NCBI GenBank assembly: GCA_043778225.1
Contig: JAYWGM010000019.1
Span: 1 to 39,620, forward strand
Direction of reading: 5' to 3'
DNA from: Deinococcales bacterium
GTDB lineage: Bacteria > Deinococcota > Deinococci > Deinococcales > JAAFIG01
DNA length: 39,620 nt
The notes beneath the pieces are model-generated. The model was not told the origin of the DNA, made no database searches, and was given only the letters and a program-made list of their open reading frames with translations. The translations under genes and the position numbers were made by a program. Every line of letters starts with the position of its first letter. Within the stretch, counting starts at the first letter, position 1. Below, piece after piece: positions 14,189 to 22,886 of the stretch.

Positions 14189-14225
14189 AAAAAATTTGAG
14201 CCTATCCATTGCGGTTAGGCTCAAA
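14189..14225 (-). terminator. Intrinsic terminator/attenuator 16 nt before the first tRNA
   Basis: TTTGAGCCTA-(11 nt)-TAGGCTCAAA followed by TTTTTT. Confidence 0.85.
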
Positions 14226-14244
14226 AGAGTATGCCTGTTCCGCC

Positions 14245-14406
14245 TTACCTAATACGATTTTCCAAAATACTCGAGAAGCTACGACCTTGCCAATTGCCCT
14301 GTCCTAAATCTGAGTGATAACCGAGGTTACGCAATTTCAGATTGGCACAATCGCTTGCCCGACTCGGGCGTGTGGCGTATTGTTTTGTGGGGTTTATAAA
14401 GTTCAT
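14245..14406 (-). CDS. Putative 53-aa leader peptide MNFINPTKQYATRPSRASDCANLKLRNLGYHSDLGQGNWQGRSFSSILENRIR
   Basis: SD GGAG 6 nt before ATG (14406); TAA at 14245-14247, 19 nt before the terminator; not in the supplied ORF track (below its length cut-off). Confidence 0.7.
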   Translation of the reverse strand: MNFINPTKQYATRPSRASDCANLKLRNLGYHSDLGQGNWQGRSFSSILENRIR

Positions 14407-14465
14407 AAATTTCTCCGATTCGAGGTCTTTGGTCTCGAGGGTCAGGTGTTGTTTCCTCGAGCAGC

Positions 14466-14494
14466 ATCGTACCGAGCCGTTTGGGTCTTGTCAT
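14466..14494 (-). promoter_or_regulatory. Putative sigma70-type promoter for the tRNA/Y RNA/rsr unit
   Basis: ATGACA (14494-14489)-N17-TACGAT (14471-14466). Confidence 0.55.
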
Positions 14495-14545
14495 GCGTCG
14501 TTTTGCGTAGCAGGAGCTAAGCCATTTAGCAGAGGGCAAGATAAG

Positions 14546-14615
14546 AAGGTAAAAGGGTTAAAACGTTAAAAAGCACCTCCTGCTCTTACCTTTTTACCTT
14601 TTGACCTTTTTACCC
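14546..14615. repeat. Inverted arrays of 8-nt tandem repeats (AAAGGTTA/AAAGGTAA-like)
   Basis: aaggtaaaagggttaaaacgtta ... ttacctttttaccttttgacctttttacc; related element at 17231-17310. Confidence 0.65.
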
Positions 14616-15053
14616 TATGCTTTTCCCCTCGAGTAAGTGTTTGACTGCATCCTGAACGCGGCGCAACGGATAATAGGCGGCGTTGCGGCGTTGACGCAGC
14701 AGGCTCTCGCCAACCAAGCGCGGCACAAAACCATCTTTTAGCTCGAGAATACGGGCTGGGGTTTCGCCGTTCAAATGCTCAATTAGCACAGCCGTTAAAG
14801 CCCTTGTCAGGGTCGTGGCTTCGCTGCCAACCGTAGCAGCAAGCTCAAGCGTATTTTGGTTGTGGCGCAGGTATAAACCCATTTCGTCTAAGCACTCTTG
14901 GTCTTGGCGAATTTCGCTGATGTCCCAAGTTTCACCGTGCTGTGGCTCGAGTTTAGAAGCATTTTGCGCCAATTCAATTAAGGCTTTTATTCGCTGGCTG
15001 TTGTCCATTTTTTCAAAGTCTTGCACTTGAGTTTCTAGGGTCTCGAGGCTCAT
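14610..15053 (-). CDS. sufE: SufE family Fe-S metabolism protein
   Basis: RIKALIELA, single Cys (QECLD), EATTLTRALTAVL, LNGETPARIL, LLRQRRNA. Confidence 0.7.
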   Translation of the reverse strand: MSLETLETQVQDFEKMDNSQRIKALIELAQNASKLEPQHGETWDISEIRQDQECLDEMGLYLRHNQNTLELAATVGSEATTLTRALTAVLIEHLNGETPARILELKDGFVPRLVGESLLRQRRNAAYYPLRRVQDAVKHLLEGKSIG

Positions 15054-15118
15054 GGGCTTAGCTTAACGTACTTTACAAGTTTTATCAGGTATGACACACA
15101 ACACAATGGCGCACAATC

Positions 15119-15145
15119 AAAAAGACCTCCCAAATCGGGAGGTCT
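15119..15145 (-). terminator. Intrinsic terminator after the PEGA gene
   Basis: AGACCTCCC-GATTT-GGGAGGTCT-TTTT. Confidence 0.8.
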
Positions 15146-15161
15146 CGAGCAACAAGTTATT

Positions 15162-16595
15162 TTACAAACGCACTAGGTTTGCAAAAATTTCGGTTACGCC
15201 ACCAGCACGGATGCTGAATTGTTGGACTTGAGTCCGAAAACCAGGTGCAACAATCGTGACTTCATGGTTGCCAACTGGTAAATCGTTGACGCGCAGAACA
15301 CCGTCGTTACCAACAACACCGACATCGTTGCCGTTGATAAAAACTCGAGCATTGGCAACATTGCTGCGAACCACAAGGCTACCAGCCAAGGATTGCAAGT
15401 CGGCACGAACGGTGGTGGTCTGACCAGCTTGAACCGTCACGGTGGTGCTGTAGTCTTGGAAGCCGTTGAGGACAACGCGAACCGTGTATTGACCGGCTGG
15501 GACAGTGATTTGACCCGTACCCGTACCGATGCTGCTGCCGTTGACAATCACTTGTGCGCCATTTGGAGCAATCACTTGCAGCACGCCATTTTGAACAATG
15601 GCTTGGAGGTTGGCATTGACCACCACATTTGCACCTGCGCCAACATTGACGGTCTGGTTAAAATCTTGGAAGCCATTGGCAGTCACACGGACGCTGTGCT
15701 GACCGGGAGCAACTTGAAGGGTCATATCGCCATTTCCAGCCCGAACACCATCGATAAATACGGTGGCATTATTTGGTGTGACTTGGACGGTAATCGTACC
15801 GTTTTGATTGATGGCTCGTAAGTTAAAGTTCAGTTGGACAACTTGACCGCCACCAACATTGACCGTTTGGGTCACATCCGAGTATCCATTGGCAGTGACC
15901 CGAATCGAGTGTTGACCAGCTGCGACGGTGACTGAAACTGGGCTGTTGCCTGCCAAGACATTATCCACAAAAACTTGTGCGCCACTGACATTGCTGTTGA
16001 TTTGCAGTGTGCCTGTGTTCTGTACCACGGCTCGAGCTTGGGTACGGAAATCGACATATGCCGAAGTCCAGTCTTGTGGGGGCAGTGGCGTGACTACCAA
16101 AGCCAGAGGGCGAGCCAAACCTGTACCTTGAACCGTAGCTTGGGCAAAGTTGCCACTGCTTACTTGTGGAATCACTTGCGAGAGATTAAGCGGGGTTTTT
16201 GAAGCCAAGGCAAAGATTTTTTCTTGACCATATGGCGCAGATATATCTATGGTGTACTGGTCGTTAGCTCCGGGGAAGGTGCGGGTTTCGCCAGCCCTCA
16301 AAAATGGTGTACCGTTAGAAAAGCCGTTTGGTAACAAAACCACAACATCGTTGGTGGCAGTGATGTTAAACGCATAGACATAGGCATCTTGATTGACGCT
16401 CAACGAGATTTTCAGGCTTTCACCTTGGCTGTAAAGTGGGTTGACTCCAGCTTTATTAACAGCCACCTGAACTTTTAGGCTGGTTGGAACTGGATTGACC
16501 ACAATCCCTTGTGGGGATGCGACTGGGGCGGATTGCGCTAAGGCAATACCAGAGAAGAGGGCGAATGCGGCACTGAGTAAGGCTTTGAATTTCAT
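15162..16595 (-). CDS. Exported DUF4384 + 4x PEGA domain protein (S-layer-like)
   Basis: SD GGAGG before MKFKALL; signal peptide; YSQGESLKISLSVNQDAYVY; repeated G.L.I.SN..GA.VF.DG...G.HSIRV.A.GY units. Confidence 0.88.
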   Translation of the reverse strand: MKFKALLSAAFALFSGIALAQSAPVASPQGIVVNPVPTSLKVQVAVNKAGVNPLYSQGESLKISLSVNQDAYVYAFNITATNDVVVLLPNGFSNGTPFLRAGETRTFPGANDQYTIDISAPYGQEKIFALASKTPLNLSQVIPQVSSGNFAQATVQGTGLARPLALVVTPLPPQDWTSAYVDFRTQARAVVQNTGTLQINSNVSGAQVFVDNVLAGNSPVSVTVAAGQHSIRVTANGYSDVTQTVNVGGGQVVQLNFNLRAINQNGTITVQVTPNNATVFIDGVRAGNGDMTLQVAPGQHSVRVTANGFQDFNQTVNVGAGANVVVNANLQAIVQNGVLQVIAPNGAQVIVNGSSIGTGTGQITVPAGQYTVRVVLNGFQDYSTTVTVQAGQTTTVRADLQSLAGSLVVRSNVANARVFINGNDVGVVGNDGVLRVNDLPVGNHEVTIVAPGFRTQVQQFSIRAGGVTEIFANLVRL

Positions 16596-16693
16596 ATATG
16601 TTCCTCCTTCATAACGAACTGAACCAACCATAGCAGTAATGTGTCAGGGTTCTTATGAGTGCTTCTTAAAACACGTTTATAATTCAAGGGTTA

Positions 16694-17224
16694 TTAAAGA
16701 CTGCCCGGTTTGCCATAAGCCCGATTAAAGTACATCAGTGGCTCGCCAGCCTCGCCATGATGAATCTCGGTCACATCGCCCAGAACAATCGTATGGTCGC
16801 CAGCCGGAATCAGTTGCCTGATTTTGGCACTAAACGCCCCTAAGCTGCCCTCGAGAATCGGGCTACCATTTTGGTCAGCCCTCCAAGCAAAAGTATCCCA
16901 ATTTGCAACCCGTTCACTCGAGGGTTTAGCAAAGGCATCGGCAATGGGCTGTTGGTCAGAAGCCAAAATTGAAACCGCAAAATGCTCGGTTTCTGCCAGC
17001 AGACTGTAAGCACTGCCGCCGTTGGTTGGCGACACCAAAATAATCGGTGGGTCAATACTGATTGTTAAAAAAGCTGTTGCCGTATACCCATCTTGCTCTG
17101 GCACGCACGCCTCGAGAAATTCAGCTTTGCGTTTAGCGGTCACGACCGTGACAGTCGAAGCCCAGTTGCGAGCCAGCCCCTTGTAGGCATTGGCATCAGT
17201 TGCAGTAAAAGTTCTCATCGCCAA
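16694..17224 (-). CDS. Flavin reductase family protein
   Basis: VTVVTA, TATAFLTISIDPPIILV, FAVSILA, AGDHTIVLG, PLMYFNRAY. Confidence 0.88.
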   Translation of the reverse strand: MAMRTFTATDANAYKGLARNWASTVTVVTAKRKAEFLEACVPEQDGYTATAFLTISIDPPIILVSPTNGGSAYSLLAETEHFAVSILASDQQPIADAFAKPSSERVANWDTFAWRADQNGSPILEGSLGAFSAKIRQLIPAGDHTIVLGDVTEIHHGEAGEPLMYFNRAYGKPGSL

Positions 17225-17230
17225 GAGCTT

Positions 17231-17310
17231 AGGTGAAAAGGTTAAAGGGTTAAAGGGTTAAAAGTACAAATCTTGACTTTTTCCCCTCTTTCCCTTTTGA
17301 CCTTTTACCC
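17231..17310. repeat. Inverted arrays of 8-nt tandem repeats
   Basis: aaaggttaaagggttaaagggtta ... tttcccttttgaccttttaccc. Confidence 0.6.
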
Positions 17311-18435
17311 TGTTTTATCTGGCACAGATGCACTTTCAAAGGTTGCCATCTCGCTCAGGGTACGAGCAGCCGCCTCGAGCATTGGAATGGCTAACGTCGC
17401 GCCAGTGCCTTCGCCAAGGCGCAAGCCAAGGTTAAAGAGCGGCTCGAGACCCAAAAACTTGAGTTGGGCAATGTGACCCGGTTCGACCGAGACATGGGTC
17501 GCACAAAGGTATTCTCGAGTCATTGGCGCAAGCGCACAAGCTGCTAACGCCGCCGCTCCGGCAATAAAGCCATCCACCAGCACGGCGACACGGCTGGCTG
17601 CGCCTTGGAGCATGATGCCAGTCATGGCAGCAATCTCGAGTCCGCCTAGTTCGGTTAAGCCTGTGAGCGTGTCCAGTTGCTCGAGACCTGTGAGGGCATC
17701 CAGTTGCTCGAGACCTGTGAGGTTATCCAGTTCAGGAGCTAATTTGGCTCGAGCCACGGCTTCTTGTACCACAAGGCGTTTTTGGTTAAAGGTTGAATCG
17801 TTTATGCCTGTGCCACGTCCGATACTCTGCTCCAAACTGGTTTTGGCATACCACATGGTCATGGCACTGGCGGCGGTGGTGTTGCCTATGCCCATATCTC
17901 CCGCTACAATGATATTTGCGCCATCGTCAATCAATTCTTTGGCGGCGTGTGCGCCCGCTAAAATGGCTTGTATCGTTTCGGCTCGAGTCATGGCGGCTTG
18001 GTAGCGGATATTTTGTGTCCCTAAGCGCACTTTGGCAGATAAGAGCTTTGGGTGTGGTGCTAATTGGCTTGCCACGCCAACATCGAGTACCCAAACTTGC
18101 GCCCCAACAACTCGGGCAATGGCGTTAATTCCAGCGCCTCCTGCTAGAAAATTTTGCACCATGGCTGGAGTCACTGCACTTGGATATGCCGAAACACCTT
18201 CGGCGGTGACCCCATGGTCAGCGGTACAGACAATCACGGCTTTACTTTGAATAATCGGCTTACTTGTGCCTTGAATACCGGCTAACCAAATACTCAATTC
18301 TTCGAGTCTGCCCAGTGAACCACGTGGTTTAGTCAAGGTTTTTTGGCGTTCTCGAGCCGCGTTTTGGCTCTTTTGGTCGGGGGCAACAATGGTGCTTTGT
18401 AATTTCTTGAGCAATTTCTCGAGGTCAGATGGCAT
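17305..18435 (-). CDS. cobT: Nicotinate-nucleotide--dimethylbenzimidazole phosphoribosyltransferase
   Basis: LTKPRGSLGRLE, ADHGVTAEGVSAYP, GDMGIGNTT, LRLGEGTGA, MATFESA; start set at MPSDLE. Confidence 0.93.
   Translation of the reverse strand: MPSDLEKLLKKLQSTIVAPDQKSQNAARERQKTLTKPRGSLGRLEELSIWLAGIQGTSKPIIQSKAVIVCTADHGVTAEGVSAYPSAVTPAMVQNFLAGGAGINAIARVVGAQVWVLDVGVASQLAPHPKLLSAKVRLGTQNIRYQAAMTRAETIQAILAGAHAAKELIDDGANIIVAGDMGIGNTTAASAMTMWYAKTSLEQSIGRGTGINDSTFNQKRLVVQEAVARAKLAPELDNLTGLEQLDALTGLEQLDTLTGLTELGGLEIAAMTGIMLQGAASRVAVLVDGFIAGAAALAACALAPMTREYLCATHVSVEPGHIAQLKFLGLEPLFNLGLRLGEGTGATLAIPMLEAAARTLSEMATFESASVPDKTG
17660..17732. repeat. In-frame 27-nt (9-aa) tandem repeat within cobT
   Basis: LDNLTGLEQ-LDALTGLEQ-LDTLTGLTE. 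Confidence 0.85.
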
Positions 18436-18583
18436 GAGCCAGAGCATACCCGAATTTGGATACGCTATATTTTGCTGTTCTGCTCGCTTTCCCCGAGTCA
18501 TTTTGTCGTATTATGGCGCTCCTCACGGCAATTGTTCAATAGATTACGTTCTTAACGAAGTCGTCTTAATTCCCACAAAAATC

Positions 18584-18639
18584 TTGACGAACACCCAAGA
18601 TATGGTATGCTGGCTTCACAAAGGTACGAGATATAGAAT
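18584..18639 (+). promoter_or_regulatory. nrdJ promoter with two NrdR boxes
   Basis: TTGACG...TGgTATGCT; cores CAAGATATGG (18596) and CGAGATATAG (18627), 31 nt apart, as is typical of tandem NrdR boxes. Confidence 0.75.
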
Positions 18640-18810
18640 TTGGATGGTTGGGAAAAGCATCCAGCAAGCTCATCTCGAGGGTGCAAAATGCAGGAATTTA
18701 GGTCTGAACCAAATTGCCCCTTGTTCGTCCATTAGACTTCAATCCAAATACCCTCGAGACACTCGAGGCGGCATTTGTTTGACCCTTATCTCTCGCGGAG
18801 GCACAACATC

Positions 18811-21786
18811 ATGACCCAAGCAACCACCTACCACTTCGATGACCACGCTCAAGCCATCGCTAAACGCCAGTATATGCAGGCTGGCGACAACGATGTTTAC
18901 GGAATGTTTCAACGCATTGCCGCTTGGGTCTCGAGTGCCGAAGCCACCCCTGAACTCAAAACCAAATGGGGCGAGACCTTCTATAACCTGATGGCATCTA
19001 AGCGCTTTTGCCCCGGTGGACGGGTCTTGGCTGGGGCTGGTACACAACACGGCAATGTCTTGAACTGCTTTGTGCAAGGTGCAACCCAATTTGAGCCAAG
19101 CAGCTTTGAAGGCGTGATGGAAGTGGCTAAAAAACTCGCCTTGGTCACCAAAGTTGGCGGCGGCAATGGAGTCAACCTCGATGTCTATACCCCAAGGGCA
19201 AGCACCAGCCGTTCGGACAATGGCGTGCGAGGTTGGGTTTACATGAGCGCCACCCACCCTGATGTTGAAGATTTTATCAAAGGCTTGATGCGCCCACCAA
19301 CCATGCCAGACGGCGAAAAAGTCCCGACCAGCATCCGCAATTGGTCAAAAGTGGTCTACGGAGTCATCAGTCCAGCCCTCTCGAGTCTGGCACGGCAATA
19401 TGGTGTCAATCTGGTTGGCAGCTTGCCCGACAATGTACAGACCATTCACGACGACATGGGCGGGATTCTCGAGGCAGCCAAGTCGGTCTGTGCAACCGCC
19501 AAGGCGGGTATTGAACCACGAATTGACCTCTCGAGCTTGCGTGAAGAAGGCGCACCGATCAAAGGCTCAGGCGGCACTTCGAGCGGACCCGTCTCGTTTT
19601 TATTTGAGATTTTTGATAATTTTCTCGAGTGGGCGAACTTGGGGGCAGAAACTTCTGGTCCTGTGGCGACCTTACGCTATTGTTATGCCCCAGTGCTGCG
19701 AGTTGTGAGGCAGGGCGGAACTCGACGTGGCGCTGGGATGGCGACCATTTCGATAGATCACCCCGATGTCTTGGATTTTTTAACCGCCAAAGACCTCGAC
19801 CGCGAGACTGGCGAAGGTGACATCAGCACTTTTAACATCTCGATTCTGCCAACCGAGAAATTCTGGGAAACGCTCCAAGCCGATGCCTTATGGAACATCG
19901 CGCCGCTCGAGGTCATGGCGAAATACCACATTGTTAAGCTCGAGGGGGATTACAGAGGGAGCATTCCAGAACTGCCAATGCGAGAACTCGATGGTGCTAA
20001 AGGTGTGCCGGTGTATGTTGGTGGAATTCCAGCCAAGTGGCTTTGGCGACAAATTGCCGAACATGCATGGAGTACCGGCGAACCGGGCTTAATTTATATT
20101 GATAAAGTTAACGAAATGAGCGCTCTTAAAGACTTGGGTGATAAATATTTAATCCGAAGTACAAATCCTTGTGGCGAGATCCCTCTGACGGTAGGTGAAC
20201 CGTGTGATTTAGGTGCAATTAACCTCGCAGCTTATGTGACCGACAAAACTTTTGACTATGCCACTTTTCGTGCCGATGTCCACGATTGCATTCGCTTTCT
20301 CGACGATGTTCTCGAGGTCAATGTCTTTGCACTCGAGGATAACCGTGTGGCGAGCCAAAACCTGCGCCGCCTTGGGTTAGGCGTGATGGGCTTGGCGGAT
20401 GCGCTGATTTTGATGGGTCAGCGCTACGATAACCAAGAAGGACGCGATACGATCCACAAAATCATGAGCGTGATGCGCGAGGAAGCGATTGCCGAAAGTC
20501 AGAACCTTGGTCTCGAGCGTGGTGTTTACCCCGTCTTTGCCGAAAATGCCGAGAAAATGCCCCACGAACCACGCCGCAATGTGGCAGTCTTGACGGTTGC
20601 GCCAACTGGTACAACCAGTATGCTGATGGGGGTCTCGAGTGGTATCGAACCCGTCTTTAGCCCGTTTGTTTGGCGTAAAATCGGTGCGGAGTACAAAGCC
20701 TTAATTGCGCCTTTGTTCCAAGAAATGCTCGAGCAGTACCCAGCCGATGCGGCTTACGCCAAGGATAACCGTTGGGACTGGGATAAAGTCACCGATGCAA
20801 TCGCTGGTAATCATGGCAGTTGTGTCGGACTCGAGTTTGTGCCAGAGGCAGTCCAGAGCGTTTTTGTCTGCGCCCATGACATCGCGCCACTCGACCATGT
20901 GCGAATGCAAGGCACAGTTCAACAGGCTTTTGATGCCCAAGGGTTTGCCGCTAATAGCCTCAGTAAAACCATCAACTTACCAAATTCTGCCACAGTCGAA
21001 GATGTCGAAGCGGCTTACTCCGAAGCCTACCGCACGGGTTGCAAAGGGATTACGGTCTACCGCGATGGCAGCCGCCAATTCCAAGTGTTAAGCACTAGCA
21101 AAGAAGAAAAGAAAGAGGAAGCCACCAATATTATCCCACTCGAGCCAAATCCAAACTCGAGCAGCGAAGAAACCCTTTGGGGTGCGAGTCAACATTTTCA
21201 ACCTGGCTCACCGATTTTCTCGAGACCAACCCGCTTAACTGGTGTGACCGATATGGTCAAGCTGACCGATCTTGCGGCTGGTACAAAGCGGACTTTTTTA
21301 ATCACCACCAATACCCTCGAGAATAAGCCAGTCGAAATTGTTGTGGTCTCTGGGCGGGCTGGCGACGAAGCCAACGCCGATAGTGAAGCCCTTGGGCGGG
21401 TCGTTTCGATTGCTTTACAGTACGGTGTACCTGCCGAAGCGATCCAAAAAACCCTGCGTGGCATCAATGGCGGATTGTACGGCAGTTATAATGGGCGTTT
21501 GGTGGGCAGTAAAGCCGACCTGATTGCGGTCGCGCTCGAAAGTACCGCCTCGAGTGGCGCAGTTCGCCCAGCCGAACAGCCACTTTTGTATAGCGAAATG
21601 CAGTCCTACCCGCTTTTGGCAGGAGCAGCCCCCAGTGCCGAAGAATTGCAAACCCCGCTTTTTGCGGCTGCCCAAACCAAAGTCGCCATGAAGGGTGAGC
21701 AATGCCCAAGTTGTAGCAGTCCAAATCTGGTGCGCGAAGAAGGCTGCTTAAAATGCCAAAGCTGTGGATACAGCAAGTGCGGCTAA
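18811..21786 (+). CDS. nrdJ: Adenosylcobalamin-dependent (class II) ribonucleotide reductase with C-terminal TSCPD domain and Zn ribbon
   Basis: PGGRVLAGAG, NCFV, RRGAGM, TNPCGE, VAPTGTTS, SKTINLP, KGITVYRDGSR, CPSC...CQSCGYSKC; SD GGAGG before 18811. Confidence 0.95.
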   Translation: MTQATTYHFDDHAQAIAKRQYMQAGDNDVYGMFQRIAAWVSSAEATPELKTKWGETFYNLMASKRFCPGGRVLAGAGTQHGNVLNCFVQGATQFEPSSFEGVMEVAKKLALVTKVGGGNGVNLDVYTPRASTSRSDNGVRGWVYMSATHPDVEDFIKGLMRPPTMPDGEKVPTSIRNWSKVVYGVISPALSSLARQYGVNLVGSLPDNVQTIHDDMGGILEAAKSVCATAKAGIEPRIDLSSLREEGAPIKGSGGTSSGPVSFLFEIFDNFLEWANLGAETSGPVATLRYCYAPVLRVVRQGGTRRGAGMATISIDHPDVLDFLTAKDLDRETGEGDISTFNISILPTEKFWETLQADALWNIAPLEVMAKYHIVKLEGDYRGSIPELPMRELDGAKGVPVYVGGIPAKWLWRQIAEHAWSTGEPGLIYIDKVNEMSALKDLGDKYLIRSTNPCGEIPLTVGEPCDLGAINLAAYVTDKTFDYATFRADVHDCIRFLDDVLEVNVFALEDNRVASQNLRRLGLGVMGLADALILMGQRYDNQEGRDTIHKIMSVMREEAIAESQNLGLERGVYPVFAENAEKMPHEPRRNVAVLTVAPTGTTSMLMGVSSGIEPVFSPFVWRKIGAEYKALIAPLFQEMLEQYPADAAYAKDNRWDWDKVTDAIAGNHGSCVGLEFVPEAVQSVFVCAHDIAPLDHVRMQGTVQQAFDAQGFAANSLSKTINLPNSATVEDVEAAYSEAYRTGCKGITVYRDGSRQFQVLSTSKEEKKEEATNIIPLEPNPNSSSEETLWGASQHFQPGSPIFSRPTRLTGVTDMVKLTDLAAGTKRTFLITTNTLENKPVEIVVVSGRAGDEANADSEALGRVVSIALQYGVPAEAIQKTLRGINGGLYGSYNGRLVGSKADLIAVALESTASSGAVRPAEQPLLYSEMQSYPLLAGAAPSAEELQTPLFAAAQTKVAMKGEQCPSCSSPNLVREEGCLKCQSCGYSKCG

Positions 21787-21787
21787 A

Positions 21788-22828
21788 ATGACTGACCCTA
21801 AAATGCTCCAAGAAATCCGCCAAGCTCCAGAAATTATTGCCACCCAACTCGAGCAAAACCAGTCCCGAGTTGCGGCTTTGGTTAAGGCAATTCAGGCACG
21901 CCAACCACGTTTTGCGATGACCATTGCTCGAGGCACTTCAGACCATGCGGCGAATTTTGTGCAGTACGCACTCGAGTCTCAGCTTGGTTTGGTGACTGCC
22001 TCGGCTGCGCCTAGCGTGATTACGGCATACAAGGCAAAACTCAAACTCGAGGGGGCGCTGGTGTTGGCAATTTCGCAGTCTGGTCAATCGCCAGATGTGG
22101 TCAATTCCTTGGCGGCGGCAAGGGAACAAGGCGCGTTGACCGTGGCAATCGTCAATGCGCCAAATACGCCACTTGAGGCGGCGGCTGAATTTAGTCTACC
22201 GATGTGGGCTGGAACAGAAATTTCGGTGGCGGCAACCAAGAGTTTTATTGCCAGTCTGGTTGCGCCTTTAACCGTGATTGCTGCCTTAAACCAAGACTCG
22301 AGTTTGCAAACTGCGCTCGAAAATTTGCCTCGGGCTGTCCAAATTGCACTCGAGACCGAAAGCATCAGTCACGACCGTGCCGAGCGCTACCGCTATGCCG
22401 AAAGCATGGTCACCTTGGGGCGTGGGCTGCATTATCCCATGGCTCGAGAAGCTGCCCTTAAACTCAAAGAAACCAGTGTTATCAGCGCCGAAGCCTTTAG
22501 CACTGCCGAATTTGCCCATGGACCGATTATTTTAATCGAGGCTGGCTTTCCGGTGCTGGCATTCCAAGCCCGAGATGCCACGGCTATTGGTTCACTCGAG
22601 CGCTACACCGACCTCGTGGCTCGCGGGGCAGAACTGATTTTAATTGGTGCGGCTGCTCCAGAACTACCCGCCACGATTCGTTTGGTTACACCTGCCACGG
22701 GTCACGATTTAACCGACCCAATTCCAGCCATGTTGGCAGCCTATTTATTCGCTGGGCATTTGAGTTTGGCAAAAGGCTTAAACCCTGATGTGCCAAGAAC
22801 CCTCTCAAAAGTCACCAAGACCCTTTGA
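21788..22828 (+). CDS. SIS-domain sugar-phosphate isomerase/deaminase (GlmS-like, no glutaminase domain)
   Basis: MLQEIRQAP, ARGTSDHA, SQSGQSPD, VAATKS, EAALKLKE, EFAHGP, LSKVTKT. Confidence 0.9.
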   Translation: MTDPKMLQEIRQAPEIIATQLEQNQSRVAALVKAIQARQPRFAMTIARGTSDHAANFVQYALESQLGLVTASAAPSVITAYKAKLKLEGALVLAISQSGQSPDVVNSLAAAREQGALTVAIVNAPNTPLEAAAEFSLPMWAGTEISVAATKSFIASLVAPLTVIAALNQDSSLQTALENLPRAVQIALETESISHDRAERYRYAESMVTLGRGLHYPMAREAALKLKETSVISAEAFSTAEFAHGPIILIEAGFPVLAFQARDATAIGSLERYTDLVARGAELILIGAAAPELPATIRLVTPATGHDLTDPIPAMLAAYLFAGHLSLAKGLNPDVPRTLSKVTKTL

Positions 22829-22886
22829 GGCTTGACGAAACCCTGACACTTAACGCAGACTGTGGGCAGCTTTGAGAGGGGTGTCT

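Noticed and set aside
11261..14190. Many 60-130 aa ORFs across the array
   Set aside because: They are shadows of tRNA and ncRNA genes, with no SD or protein motifs
9900..14200. Prophage or integrative element carrying the tRNA array
   Set aside because: No integrase, phage genes or att pair seen; the spacers carry the host CTCGAG signature
14316..14331. GTAACCTCGGTTATC in the leader, resembling the Y RNA TTATC segment (possible Rsr feedback site)
   Set aside because: No GCCGAA or bulged-C helix nearby, and too short to distinguish from chance
14494..14512. Deinococcal RDRM (DdrO) box upstream of the array promoter
   Set aside because: CTACG-N8-CGCAT has the wrong spacing and poor half-sites
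18436..18810. Cobalamin riboswitch between cobT and nrdJ
   Set aside because: No B12-box or GGGAA...GCCCCCGC core seen; NrdR boxes explain the region
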